From positions 1-56,042 of IMG/VR virus record IMGVR_UViG_3300033741_000064: 56,042 nucleotides of DNA; one strand, given 5' to 3'. Source of the DNA: a virus. Lineage: Duplodnaviria; Caudoviricetes. The notes under the pieces were generated by a model. That model searched no databases and was not told the DNA's origin. It worked only from the letters and a program-made list of their open reading frames with translations. A program made the position numbers and the translations under genes. This document shows positions 18,577 to 28,190 of the stretch, piece after piece (the stretch's first letter is position 1; each line of letters opens with the position of its first letter).

Positions 18577-20706
18577 TCACTCATCGCCCTGTCGTCCGCG
18601 CTGCCGGTTGTAGCTAGAGAGCGCACGCGCCAGCTTATCTATCGACTCATCCGAGAGATCCATCGGGCCTGAATCGTCCGACCTGTTAGAGCTATCTGCA
18701 GACATCTTCATGCTCTGCTTGTTCGGGATCACCGACGCACCACGCGGCAAGTTCACCAACTCAGGGCCACGCTCACCAACCCACGCCATACCGGACGACG
18801 TAATCGTTCCACCTGTAGCGAGTTTAGGAATCGACGGGAGGTTGAGCCCGAACGTCATGCCTCCGAGCTTAGGCACCCAGTCAGGGATCGTCACCTTTAG
18901 CCGGTTGATCGAAGCTATCGCGCCGTTCACTAGACCGATAATGCCGTTCACGCCGTTCTTCACTACACCAACGGCAGTCGTGAAGGCTCCCGAAATGAAC
19001 CCACCGATCGCGCCGAAGATGGAGCTGAACACGCCTCCCACAAACTTAACCATCGTGACGATCGTGTTGAAATTCTTCTTGAAAGCGTCCACCAAGAATC
19101 CGATGAAGATTCCGATGCCGTTGAAAATAGCGCCGATTACATCACCCATGATCTCGAAGGTTCGGCCGATTCCGGTGCCGTTCTTCGCGGCTTCCTTCTC
19201 CAAGTCGATCAGCCAGCCGATAAATCCGGCGATAGCTGTCACCACGATACCGATCACGAACGCGACGAAATCGAGCGCCGGGGTCAGCATGTTCACGATC
19301 GGCACGACGACCGCCAACAGCAGCGAGATCAGTGGCGGCAAGATTGCACCGATCAGCGTGCCGATAACGGCGACCACCGGCAGCAGCGCCATGACGATTC
19401 CGAGGATCGGGTCGATCAGTGGAACGAGCGCTCCCAAGAGTTCACCGACCATCGGGATCATCGAACCGATCAACGGCAAGACGATTCCGAGCACTTCAAC
19501 GAAAGCGTCACCAAACGCGGCGCCCAGCTCGATCACCGAGGGCAAGATCTCCGTCAAAATTCCGGCGAGCTGAGTGATAATTCCGACAACAACCGGGAGG
19601 ATCGACGAGCTGTTATCGAAGATCGCCATGAGCGGGGAGAACGAGGTCGCCAGCTCGAGCACGAGGTCAATTACTGGAGACACGACCGGGATCAGACCCA
19701 TGAACGCATCAATGAACGGCTGGGCCTTCTCCACAACGCTCGCGAAGAACTCTGAAGCCTTACCACCGACACCGCTGAGCATCGGCCCAGCCTTCTCTCC
19801 GAAGCCTTCCATCGCCGGGCCGATCTTGCCCTGCAAGAACTCAGCCAAACTCTTCAGAGCCGGCATCAGCGTCGTATTGAGCACAAGCGCGCCGGCCTGT
19901 ACCAACGGCAGGAACACAGAACCGAGAGACGCCTTGAAATCGGTGAAGTTAGCAGAGAGAATGCGTTGCTGGTTGGCAAGCCCGAACTGGGTACGCGCAA
20001 AGTCGCCCGTCGCAGCACCGGCCTGGCTCATGATCGCGGAGTTCGCAGCCATGATCTTCTGCTGTGAAGTCAGAGCACCGTTGCCGTCGTAGATACCGAG
20101 CTTCATCGCCTCCGTCTGCAAGGTCGCTTCGTTCAGCAAGATACCGAACTTCCGCAGCGGGACAGCTTCACCACGGAGCCCGGAACCGATCGCCTCAATC
20201 ACGTCTGACGGATCCGCGTTGTGGAACGATGCAAGGTCTGACGCCATAGTGACTAGGCCAGTGGAGAACTTCGCGTTCTCTTCACCAGCAAGCCCAGCCG
20301 CAGAACCGTAAACACCGAACGTCTTGGCAGCGTCGAGCGCTTGTAGCGTGCTCTGCCCGAGGGAGTTAGCCGCGTCTTCCGCGAACTTGCGCACCGTCGA
20401 ATAGCCGTCCCCAAAGACTTCCTGAACCGCCGTCCCTGCCTCTTGCAGGTCACTGGCGGCATCAATTACACCACTCGCGAACTGAGCAATCGCGCGAATC
20501 GAGAAGTAAGCAATCGCGGCGCCGGCGATCTTCTTCATCGTTCCCATGATGCTTCCGCCAGAAGTCTTCATGGCGGTGTCGGCTCCACCCGCCGACTTCT
20601 TAATGCCCTTGTCGAACTTATCCCCAGCCGTCACACCTTGCTGGAGGGCTCGCATCAAATCAGAGGAATCACCGATGAGCCGTGTCTCCAGCGTTACATC
20701 AGCCAT
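18577..20706 (-). CDS. Tape measure protein
   Basis: 709 aa, Ala/Gly-rich helical with hydrophobic repeats; follows the chaperones. Confidence 0.92.
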   Translation of the reverse strand: MADVTLETRLIGDSSDLMRALQQGVTAGDKFDKGIKKSAGGADTAMKTSGGSIMGTMKKIAGAAIAYFSIRAIAQFASGVIDAASDLQEAGTAVQEVFGDGYSTVRKFAEDAANSLGQSTLQALDAAKTFGVYGSAAGLAGEENAKFSTGLVTMASDLASFHNADPSDVIEAIGSGLRGEAVPLRKFGILLNEATLQTEAMKLGIYDGNGALTSQQKIMAANSAIMSQAGAATGDFARTQFGLANQQRILSANFTDFKASLGSVFLPLVQAGALVLNTTLMPALKSLAEFLQGKIGPAMEGFGEKAGPMLSGVGGKASEFFASVVEKAQPFIDAFMGLIPVVSPVIDLVLELATSFSPLMAIFDNSSSILPVVVGIITQLAGILTEILPSVIELGAAFGDAFVEVLGIVLPLIGSMIPMVGELLGALVPLIDPILGIVMALLPVVAVIGTLIGAILPPLISLLLAVVVPIVNMLTPALDFVAFVIGIVVTAIAGFIGWLIDLEKEAAKNGTGIGRTFEIMGDVIGAIFNGIGIFIGFLVDAFKKNFNTIVTMVKFVGGVFSSIFGAIGGFISGAFTTAVGVVKNGVNGIIGLVNGAIASINRLKVTIPDWVPKLGGMTFGLNLPSIPKLATGGTITSSGMAWVGERGPELVNLPRGASVIPNKQSMKMSADSSNRSDDSGPMDLSDESIDKLARALSSYNRQRGRQGDE

Positions 20707-20718
20707 CGGTGATCCTTC

Positions 20719-20913
20719 CTAATTGTGTCGTGCTAGTTTCTGCGCCTCGTCCCGCTGTCGTTCTTCTTCTGGTTCAACGATCGTGAGCAGTGCTACCCAG
20801 TGCAGATACTCGACCCACGACAGCCTCGAGTCCAGCTCGGCTATCGAGCATCCGAGTCGGACAGCGATGAGGAACCGGAGCCGTAGATCTGGGTCGAGGA
20901 AGAGTCTTTTCCC
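20719..20913 (-). CDS. Tail assembly chaperone frameshift extension (gpGT-like)
   Basis: Slippery GGGAAAA at 20907-20913; -1 frame reads RLFLDPDLRLRFLIAVRLGCSIAEL...HN to a stop just before the TMP. Confidence 0.85.
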   Translation of the reverse strand, partial: GKRLFLDPDLRLRFLIAVRLGCSIAELDSRLSWVEYLHWVALLTIVEPEEERQRDEAQKLARHN

Positions 20914-21332
20914 GCCGCATCAACGCCCTTCTGGGCAGCGGAAGCGAACTCTGCTTCATCATCATCTTCATTTTCCTCATCCTCATCGTCGAGAACACCA
21001 GCCAGCTTCGCAGCGAGCTTCGTGATGCGGTCAAGCGCCGCACTCGACTTGCGCTCGAGTCCGGGGATGTCTTGCATCGTGAACAAACGCTCACCAGTCT
21101 CCGGGTCGAAGCAAGTCGCCACCACGAGTCGCGGGTAATACTTTCCGAGATCCGTATCGCCCTTCTTGTTCCGGCTCTGCTTCACGATGATGTTTCGCTC
21201 ATCGAGGCTGATCGAACGAACCTCGACAACAACGTCACCCCACTGGGGAACAGTCACCGTGTCGCTCGTGATGTCGTCATAGCCCATGATGTGATCGTGG
21301 AGACTCACGCCCGGCTTTCGTGTTTCAGTCAT
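20841..21332 (-). CDS. Tail assembly chaperone (gpG-like)
   Basis: VTVPQWGDVVVEVRSI...DPETGERLFT; between tail tube and TMP. Confidence 0.88.
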   Translation of the reverse strand: MTETRKPGVSLHDHIMGYDDITSDTVTVPQWGDVVVEVRSISLDERNIIVKQSRNKKGDTDLGKYYPRLVVATCFDPETGERLFTMQDIPGLERKSSAALDRITKLAAKLAGVLDDEDEENEDDDEAEFASAAQKGVDAAGKDSSSTQIYGSGSSSLSDSDAR

Positions 21333-21365
21333 AGTTCCTTACCTCTTTCTAGTTGCCCTCAGCGC

Positions 21366-21791
21366 CTATGCGTAGGTGCCGTAGGTGGGATCTCCGGTGC
21401 GCTGCAGCTCAAGCGAGAGCGTCACAACGTCGGACGTGGAGGCTGAAACGCTGATCGTCGTGATCAGGTACTCAGCCGACTCGAATTCCATGCCGATCGT
21501 GTTACCGGAGTAACCGACCTTGCATGTAACCGAGTCGATCGTGCCGGCGTTGATAGCCGCACGAGCCTCACGGAGCAAAGTCAGGAAAGCTGGGGCGAAT
21601 GTGCCACCGATTGACAGCGAACCGTCGTCCATGCCGGCAACATACGTCTTGCTCTGCTGCCCGAAGTTCGACGACTCCGCAGTGTCAGTCTTCTCGCTGT
21701 TCGCTGCGCTTCGCGTGTACGCCTGAATCGGCTGGAGAGCTCCAGCAGCATTGTCGATCTCGATATATGTGTTCTTACCGTGTACGGCCAT
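21366..21791 (-). CDS. Tail tube (major tail) protein, copy 2
   Basis: MAVHGK..AESSNFG..SKTYVAGMDDGSLSIGG. Confidence 0.8.
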   Translation of the reverse strand: MAVHGKNTYIEIDNAAGALQPIQAYTRSAANSEKTDTAESSNFGQQSKTYVAGMDDGSLSIGGTFAPAFLTLLREARAAINAGTIDSVTCKVGYSGNTIGMEFESAEYLITTISVSASTSDVVTLSLELQRTGDPTYGTYA

Positions 21792-21803
21792 AATGCCGGC
21801 TCC

Positions 21804-22526
21804 TTAGTGTGTTCCGAATGACACGAGAGGCCGAACGGCTCCCGTAGTTCCCGCATAGGTCACTCCCACGCGGACGTACCGATTGACAACACCTGTGAAC
21901 TTCACAAGTTCGGCTCCAAGCGTTCCTGCAGCGATGTCAGCAAACGTCACGAGGTCAGCCCAGACAGCTCCGTCAGTGGAATGCTCAACGCGAACCGTCG
22001 TCGCGCCGTCACTTGTGTTCTCCACGAGATGCAGTGCAAAGCCGTACGTGGTCGAAGCAAGCGCCGCGCCATTGTCGATGCCGGCAAGCGACTCAGACAC
22101 AGCGACCTGAGCAGATGTGTTCAACCGCTGGCCGTCATACGTTCCGTCAGAGAACTGAACACTGCCCGAGATCGACACGACATCACCAACAGGAGACGTG
22201 ACAGCAATCGCCGTAGCAAGACTCGAGCCGAAAGCAACAGCCTGGCCGACCTTCAGACCCATTCCGAAGCCAACCGTGAAGATCGGGAAAGCTTGAGCGA
22301 GGATCTCCGCCCGGATCATTGCCTCGAACGAATCAGAGTTCCCTTGGAACCGTCCGCCGAAGTCAGCCGTCGCGTCATCGCGGCCGGCGATGTACGTCTT
22401 CGAGTCCTGCTGGAATCCGCTCGTCTCTGCCGTCTCAGTCGTGTCCTTGTAACTGACTGAGTTCAACAGGCGAGAGAAGTCGACGCCCTGCCCAAGAATC
22501 GAGGTCGCTTTACCGTGGATGCTCAC
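21804..22526 (-). CDS. Tail tube-like protein, copy 1, with C-terminal extra domain
   Basis: MSIHGK..AETSGF..SKTYIAGRDDATADFGG; paralog of the next gene. Confidence 0.75.
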   Translation of the reverse strand: MSIHGKATSILGQGVDFSRLLNSVSYKDTTETAETSGFQQDSKTYIAGRDDATADFGGRFQGNSDSFEAMIRAEILAQAFPIFTVGFGMGLKVGQAVAFGSSLATAIAVTSPVGDVVSISGSVQFSDGTYDGQRLNTSAQVAVSESLAGIDNGAALASTTYGFALHLVENTSDGATTVRVEHSTDGAVWADLVTFADIAAGTLGAELVKFTGVVNRYVRVGVTYAGTTGAVRPLVSFGTH

Positions 22527-22723
22527 TTCACACCAACTTTATTTTGTGTCGACTTGACTTCAGGGGGCGTCGTTTTAGGGGGAACAGCTTCGATCGCACC
22601 TTGCGCGAGTAGCTCTTCCGTCTGTCGTTCCGAAAGCTTAGGCACAACTTTGCCGGGAAGAACCCGAACGGAGCTGTCATCTTTGTCAATGGTCAAGCCG
22701 ACCAGAGCACGAAAATTAGTCAT
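22523..22723 (-). CDS. Small virion-region protein
   Basis: MTNFRALVGL...ELLAQGAIE; follows a late promoter. Confidence 0.65.
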   Translation of the reverse strand: MTNFRALVGLTIDKDDSSVRVLPGKVVPKLSERQTEELLAQGAIEAVPPKTTPPEVKSTQNKVGVK

Positions 22724-22747
22724 TGTTGTTCCCTTCACCACGCCACA

Positions 22748-22796
22748 ACTCTACGAGTTACGAACTACGCGCTCACATCCTGACACGCCGAGGCCA
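22748..22796 (-). promoter_or_regulatory. Late-type promoter
   Basis: TGGCCTCGGCGTGTC-N28-TAGAGT. Confidence 0.7.
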
Positions 22797-23015
22797 TTAC
22801 TCCAGAGTGCCAGCCGGGAAATCCTGAGCACACTCAGCTTTTCGGCACATCCCCGAGCCGTCACCGTTCCACAGAATGTCGTGCTCGCAAGCGGCTTCTA
22901 TCTCTTCGCCGTCATAGGTGCCGTCGACGACATCCTTCAACGCCATGAGTTGCCCCAGAATCGAGTCGATCATGAGCTGAGCTGTCTCCTTATCAAGACC
23001 CTTGCCGTCGCTCAT
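22797..23015 (-). CDS. Hypothetical protein with CxH..CxxxxC motif
   Basis: ATGA overlap. Confidence 0.6.
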   Translation of the reverse strand: MSDGKGLDKETAQLMIDSILGQLMALKDVVDGTYDGEEIEAACEHDILWNGDGSGMCRKAECAQDFPAGTLE

Positions 23016-23476
23016 GGAATCGTCACCACCGTTGCGGGAAGCATCACTGAGAAGTCCATCGCGAACAGAAATCTGTTGAGCGAATCCTCACCTAGCGGGT
23101 TCGGAGTCGAGCGCGAACGGCACCTGTGGATGTAGGTAGTCCCGACTTGCCGTTCAGCGATGGAGTGGATCGCGCGATGCAACCACCACGCGAGCTGCTC
23201 CGCCGACTTGTACTCGCCGCGTGCTGAACGAACCGTGACCTGTAGGTTCGGGATCTCGAGATCACCGTCCGGGCCGAACGACTCATCCACCAAGCCTTCG
23301 TAGCCAGTCAAGAACACAGCCAGATCAGCCACGTCGTTATCATCCGTCCGCTTGCCGGCGAACAGGTTGGTGCCGCCGACCAGAACCAACGGGGATCTCG
23401 GCGTCGCGGCAGCAGCGCCAGACGCGGCAGATGCTCCGATAATGAAGTCAGCTAGGTCGTCCACATAATCGCTCAT
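23012..23476 (-). CDS. Tail terminator
   Basis: PNLQVTVRS...PNPLGED..NRFLFAMDF; position. Confidence 0.8.
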   Translation of the reverse strand: MSDYVDDLADFIIGASAASGAAAATPRSPLVLVGGTNLFAGKRTDDNDVADLAVFLTGYEGLVDESFGPDGDLEIPNLQVTVRSARGEYKSAEQLAWWLHRAIHSIAERQVGTTYIHRCRSRSTPNPLGEDSLNRFLFAMDFSVMLPATVVTIP

Positions 23477-23880
23477 TTGTTCTTCAACGCCTTCGCTACT
23501 CGCTTCAAGATACCAGCACGGATCTCGGGAACGCGGGTGATCACTGGGTCAGTAGCGAATCCCGCCTCACCGCCTCGAGGGTGATTCAGGGAGCGGTCAT
23601 CGTTCAGCCGCTTCACGTACTTCTTCGCAGCTCCGCCATAGGTGTAGCTGCCCTCCACGCGGCCGGGGCCGACCATCTTCGCCGCGTGCGCCTTACCAGA
23701 GTTCTTCGCCACGCCAGTCTTCACCGGGATCTTCCGCTGGCTCAACCGGAAAGCAAGCTGAGTCTCTTCAGTGAGCGCACGCAGCAGCGCATCCTCGACC
23801 CGGTTCGGCGCCCGTCCGTACAGATCTCGGAACGCCGCCATGCCTTCTTGGATCAGACTGATGTTCGGCTTACCGGCCAT
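23473..23880 (-). CDS. HK97 gp10-like neck protein
   Basis: SQRKIPVKTG..SG; position. Confidence 0.75.
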   Translation of the reverse strand: MAGKPNISLIQEGMAAFRDLYGRAPNRVEDALLRALTEETQLAFRLSQRKIPVKTGVAKNSGKAHAAKMVGPGRVEGSYTYGGAAKKYVKRLNDDRSLNHPRGGEAGFATDPVITRVPEIRAGILKRVAKALKNK

Positions 23881-24250
23881 AATGCACCCGCAGATGATGG
23901 AGTCCGTCACCGTCGTTCTCACGAGCCACCGCGACGATGCTGACTTCAAGCCCGGTATCGAGCACCATCCGATCATCCGTCGTCGGAATGAAACCGCCCG
24001 TCGTGGCCACCAATGCCCCGTTCGGGCCAGTCACCCAGAAATCAGGATGCGGCACGTACACCTTGCCCTCGACCGAGCGCGTGTTGCCGTCGTCGTCGAT
24101 GACTTCATGCGCCTCGTTCTCAACACGGCTCCGAGTCTGCTTCACGACCGCATACTCAGACTTGCCGTAGAGATCCGAGCTGCCCGTCGTCTTCTTCCGA
24201 AAGCCAACAACTGACGGCATCAGCTCTAGGAAATCGTTACTCCACGTCAT
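23870..24250 (-). CDS. Head-to-tail stopper
   Basis: DLYGKSEY..HHLRVHY; position. Confidence 0.7.
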   Translation of the reverse strand: MTWSNDFLELMPSVVGFRKKTTGSSDLYGKSEYAVVKQTRSRVENEAHEVIDDDGNTRSVEGKVYVPHPDFWVTGPNGALVATTGGFIPTTDDRMVLDTGLEVSIVAVARENDGDGLHHLRVHYGR

Positions 24251-24687
24251 CAGTACACTCGACGTTCTTTGTTCAGCGCGGTGTAGTCGTCCTGGCCGAT
24301 GTAGAACACCGACTCAGCAGGTTCCACGCCGCCAGTGCTCAACACGATCGAAGGGGTGCCGTCATTCTGCACGCCACCGGATCGAAGCTTCGCGGCGAGG
24401 TCGTAGAGGTAGGTCGCCGTGCTCGCGTAATCCATCTTGCCGATCGAAAGATCTCCGACCTTCAGGCTGGAGCGCTGGCTCGAAGACTTCAGCGAATACT
24501 TGCCGGCACGTCGCTCAACAGCAAGCGCGGCCGAGAGGTTCACCGAGAACTGAGTGAGCAGGTACAAGATCTCTTCATCAGATACCGAGTCGACCGTCTC
24601 TTCCGTGTCCTCGCTGAGAAACCGTACCTCGTCGAGAGCCGTGGCGAACACGCCCACATTGTTCGGGCCGGTGTAAGTGAATGACAT
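24250..24687 (-). CDS. Head-to-tail adaptor
   Basis: DEVRFL..DT....SDEEI.YLL; KVGDLSI. Confidence 0.8.
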   Translation of the reverse strand: MSFTYTGPNNVGVFATALDEVRFLSEDTEETVDSVSDEEILYLLTQFSVNLSAALAVERRAGKYSLKSSSQRSSLKVGDLSIGKMDYASTATYLYDLAAKLRSGGVQNDGTPSIVLSTGGVEPAESVFYIGQDDYTALNKERRVY

Positions 24688-24800
24688 TTGGCTGCTCCTT
24701 CGCGCTGTGCGTGGCGCTGAGCGTCTATCTCTAGCTCAGTGTGTTAGGTGATGCGTCTGGGCCTATTATCCGCTGTACGGGGCGCCAGTGGCTAGTGGTG

Positions 24801-24847
24801 AAACAAAACGAGCCCCAGCCGGGAGGTAAGTACCGACTGGGGCTCGC
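24801..24847 (-). terminator. Terminator after capsid gene
   Basis: CGAGCCCCAGCCGG/CCGACTGGGGCTCG hairpin plus TTTTGTTT on the minus strand. Confidence 0.85.
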
Positions 24848-24860
24848 GTCTCGATCGCTG

Positions 24861-25832
24861 CTAGGCGACTACGGCGTCCAAGTAGACACCGAGCGGAGCA
24901 GAGACGATCTTGTTGTCGAAGGACACTTCACCCTCGATACGGTCAGACGCGAGGTGCTCCATACGGAAACGCTTCGTGCCGATCGTGGTTCCGAGTCCCT
25001 GCGAGACACCCTTCCAACGGAACTGGTAACCAGCCGTTGGGGTCATCAAGCCTGGCTCCGGTGCGGAGTAGCTGAGCAGCGCGACTTTGCCGAGGTTGAA
25101 GTCGGTAGCCGCTGCCAGTCCCTCCTGAGCCGTGTTCACAACGGACTCAGAGACGAGCACCTTGTCGACCTCGAAGTAACGTGCGAGCACGTCCTTCGTG
25201 ACCGCATCCGACGACGTGTACTTCACACGGTCGAGGATGTCCGGGTGATCGGTCAGAGCGTCGTACACGTCATAGCCGAGCGTGAGCACGTTCGGCATGA
25301 GGCCCGTCTGGGAGACGATCGCACGCTTGGCACGCTTGATTGTCTTGAGGGGGCTCGACGTGTTCGGGTTGCTCCACTGGATGAAGTTCAGCCCAGTTTC
25401 GTCAGCCGCAGTTCCGGTGAGATCTGTTCCCCATTTGCCGGTTCCGAAGAAGTCGGCAAGGAACTGGCGCTCCTGCTTCATCCGCAAACGGTTCACGACG
25501 AACGAGGTCGCGGCACGGTCAAGCTGCAGCATCGAGTCGGACGAGTTCTTCGTCTGGTCGTCGATGTCCTTGTGCCACGCGAACGTGTCACAGGAATACG
25601 CACCAGTGTTGATTCCGAATCCGCCACCGGCAGACTCAGTACCACCGGCGCGACGCTGAGCTTCATCACGAAGCCAGTCCTCGAGGGGGAACTCCCAGAA
25701 CTTGTCTGAGAGGTTGTCGACTGGCAGGACGGGGAACACCTTGTCAAAGATGAACGCGCTGTCTTGCTGGTCGAAAGCGACCGACATATTTGTCAGTGGT
25801 GCATCAATGTGCATCCGTGTTGGCTGTGGCAT
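24861..25832 (-). CDS. Major capsid protein
   Basis: HIDAPLTNMSVAF..FPVLPV..PNVLTLGYDVY..L..HP; position. Confidence 0.92.
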   Translation of the reverse strand: MPQPTRMHIDAPLTNMSVAFDQQDSAFIFDKVFPVLPVDNLSDKFWEFPLEDWLRDEAQRRAGGTESAGGGFGINTGAYSCDTFAWHKDIDDQTKNSSDSMLQLDRAATSFVVNRLRMKQERQFLADFFGTGKWGTDLTGTAADETGLNFIQWSNPNTSSPLKTIKRAKRAIVSQTGLMPNVLTLGYDVYDALTDHPDILDRVKYTSSDAVTKDVLARYFEVDKVLVSESVVNTAQEGLAAATDFNLGKVALLSYSAPEPGLMTPTAGYQFRWKGVSQGLGTTIGTKRFRMEHLASDRIEGEVSFDNKIVSAPLGVYLDAVVA

Positions 25833-25850
25833 TAGCTTTTCTCCTTAGCC

Positions 25851-26249
25851 CTAAGCGATCGCGTCAACTGAAGACCATGTGGCTCCAGAGAAGTCGACTC
25901 GCGCCGCGATGATCGCGCCGTCTGAACCTGCTTCGCGAGCAACGCCGAAGACATAACCTTCAGACGTTTCCTGCGTTGCAGCAATTGCAAGTCCCGCAGC
26001 GTTCGCGATGAGCTTGTCGCCGGCAACAATGTTGCCGCCGCACTTCACCTTCGTTACGCCAGCAGTGACGAGATTCGCCGTGTCACCCAAGATCGGAGCG
26101 TTGTCGAGGATTCCCGACCCAGCACCAGCACCGGAGATCACAACAATGTCGCGAGCCGAGTCGAACGTCACGACGTTGTACTGGAGAGCTGACAGGTCAG
26201 CTCCAGCACGGTACGACTCGTGAGAGCGGGGGCCAATTTCATAAGCCAT
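25851..26249 (-). CDS. Capsid decoration/cement protein
   Basis: GILDNAP..G...GVTKVKCGG.I.AGD.L...A.G.A; between scaffold and MCP. Confidence 0.8.
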   Translation of the reverse strand: MAYEIGPRSHESYRAGADLSALQYNVVTFDSARDIVVISGAGAGSGILDNAPILGDTANLVTAGVTKVKCGGNIVAGDKLIANAAGLAIAATQETSEGYVFGVAREAGSDGAIIAARVDFSGATWSSVDAIA

Positions 26250-26251
26250 TG

Positions 26252-27142
26252 TTAAGCACCTTCTTTCACGGACTTGTTGTAAAGCTCTTCGTTGTTCGAG
26301 CACGCCTTAGCGAAAGCTTGCTCGTAGGTCTTCTCAGCGCCCGACTCGACGTAGCCCTTGGCGATGGTCGAAAGCTGGTCAGCAGCGCTGCCCGACTTGA
26401 ACATCCCAACAGCACCGATCTCGCTGGTGATGATTGCCTCGGCCGAAGCGTTGAGCTCCTTCGACTTCGTGAGCGCCTTGCGGACAACCGCAGCAGCGTC
26501 AGCATCCATCGCACGGAGAGCCTTCGCGAGAGGCTCGATGTCGGCCTTCTCGATGGTTTCACCGAACTCGGCTTCGATCGACTTCGTGAACGACGCTGCA
26601 CGCTCTTCCTCGAGAGCCTTGTCGCTGGCAGCGGCCTTCTCGACGATCGACTTCAGGAGAGCGACACCATTGGCGCCGACTGCCTTCTGAAGATCAGCCG
26701 AAGCAAGAACGCTCTCGGCGTCAGGTGCAGCAACAGCCTCAACCGAGGGAGTCTCTGCATTGCCCTTGTCCGCGAGATCACGCAGGATCTTCCACGCACC
26801 GGCAACGGCGTCGCGAGCTGGGGCGATGTCCGCCTCAGTGAGTTCCTTCAGGATGACGTTTTCGTCGGCCTTCAGGATTGCGTCGCAGATCGTTGGGCGG
26901 TCAGCACCCTCGAGCGACTTGAGCAAGCCCGTCAGAACGGGTGTTTCCTTTGCTACTGGCATGTTTCCCTCCTTGCCGAACGCTGCCACCAGCGCGTCGG
27001 CTTTGTCGTTTCCGATTGACTTCATGAGAAGCCAGCCGGGGTGCTTGTGCGCGGGGTGGTCAACACCGGACGTTTCCGCAATGGCAACGCGCCGGAGCTG
27101 AGTCGTTCCCGGCTCGCCTGGCTTCACGCTCTTATTCGGCAT
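26252..27142 (-). CDS. Scaffolding protein with N-terminal protease-like tail
   Basis: IAETSGVDHPAH..LLMKS then a helical Ala/Glu/Lys-rich body. Confidence 0.75.
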   Translation of the reverse strand: MPNKSVKPGEPGTTQLRRVAIAETSGVDHPAHKHPGWLLMKSIGNDKADALVAAFGKEGNMPVAKETPVLTGLLKSLEGADRPTICDAILKADENVILKELTEADIAPARDAVAGAWKILRDLADKGNAETPSVEAVAAPDAESVLASADLQKAVGANGVALLKSIVEKAAASDKALEEERAASFTKSIEAEFGETIEKADIEPLAKALRAMDADAAAVVRKALTKSKELNASAEAIITSEIGAVGMFKSGSAADQLSTIAKGYVESGAEKTYEQAFAKACSNNEELYNKSVKEGA

Positions 27143-27166
27143 AGTTTCCCTCTCCGTACATCGACC

Positions 27167-27215
27167 AGATTACGGCTACCTCCAGAACGCTTCATCTCTC
27201 GACACGCCGAGGCCA
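27167..27215 (-). promoter_or_regulatory. Late-type promoter
   Basis: TGGCCTCGGCGTGTC-N28-TAATCT. Confidence 0.72.
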
Positions 27216-27231
27216 CCGTGCGACGGCACAG

Positions 27232-27264
27232 CAAAGCCGGCAGCTCCGAAGATACTGCCGGCTG
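27232..27264 (-). terminator. Putative terminator ending the inserted early block
   Basis: AGCCGGCAG/CTGCCGGCT hairpin plus TTTG. Confidence 0.6.
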
Positions 27265-27287
27265 AGTTACTGCAAGGGGATCTGGTT

Positions 27288-27485
27288 CTACGGCTCCACG
27301 TCTTCCGGTTCGTCCACGTCTTCCGGGCCGGTGAAGAAGCTCACGTCGATGCCGTCGAACGCGAGGCCAGTAGCGGTGCGCGCCATTTGCTCAGCGATCC
27401 TCATCGCCGTGGCGCCGTCCTCTACCGAGACGAGCAGAGTGAGACGAATCAAACGATCGCCTCGACTGAAGGATTCGGCGGCCAC
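27288..27485 (-). CDS. Hypothetical protein
   Basis: 65-aa ORF at the end of the block. Confidence 0.55.
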   Translation of the reverse strand: MAAESFSRGDRLIRLTLLVSVEDGATAMRIAEQMARTATGLAFDGIDVSFFTGPEDVDEPEDVEP

Positions 27486-27946
27486 GAACTCACGTCAACC
27501 ACTTTCAAGCCGAACGTCGACATACTCGACCACTGCAGCCAGTCCTTGAAATTCATCAGGCCGACGCCCGGCGTATCCGGCAGGGGATCTGTGAACACCG
27601 TCTCGTTCGACCGGATCTCCGCGAGCGCTGCATCTTCCGACTGGTGCGCGTGCTTCCTGAAGTAATCCGTGAGCGCGGTGAGCTTAGTCTCATGGCTGTT
27701 CTCGAGATACTCGCGGTATGACGTTACGAGATCCGCGTTTAGCGCGTACATCGTCTGCACCGCTTTCCGCAGGTTCGTGAACGCGCCGTGTTCCGTGGCC
27801 ACGATGTCCAACTTGTCGTAACCCTCGATACCGCTGTCGCCTTCTGTCTTGTAGTCGCGGAACGTGAGCACGAAGACTCGGCTCATGCTCGGAGCGTTAC
27901 TCTTCATTTCACTAGGCCGTACGGTGCTCTCTCCTTCGTTAGTCAT
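27449..27946 (-). CDS. Hypothetical protein
   Basis: Operon ORF. Confidence 0.65.
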   Translation of the reverse strand: MTNEGESTVRPSEMKSNAPSMSRVFVLTFRDYKTEGDSGIEGYDKLDIVATEHGAFTNLRKAVQTMYALNADLVTSYREYLENSHETKLTALTDYFRKHAHQSEDAALAEIRSNETVFTDPLPDTPGVGLMNFKDWLQWSSMSTFGLKVVDVSSWPPNPSVEAIV

Positions 27947-28190
27947 CTTTCTTGACCTCCTTGGTTGGTAATGGGTTGCAGCGGATTACGATCTCTCCAG
28001 CGTCCGTGATCTCAATCTCGGATGGAGTGAAGACCCAGCCGTCGACCTCGATCTTCACGATCCGGTTCTGGCTCTTCGGGAGGTCGCGCGCTGCAGGGCT
28101 GATCTGGAGTGTTGCCTTCGTCAATGCGAAAGCCAAATCTGTCACACCCTGCCGGCGCATATCGAACGGAAACTTCTTCGACACCGGCAT
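27939..28190 (-). CDS. Hypothetical protein
   Basis: Operon ORF with 1-nt overlap. Confidence 0.65.
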   Translation of the reverse strand: MPVSKKFPFDMRRQGVTDLAFALTKATLQISPAARDLPKSQNRIVKIEVDGWVFTPSEIEITDAGEIVIRCNPLPTKEVKKDD

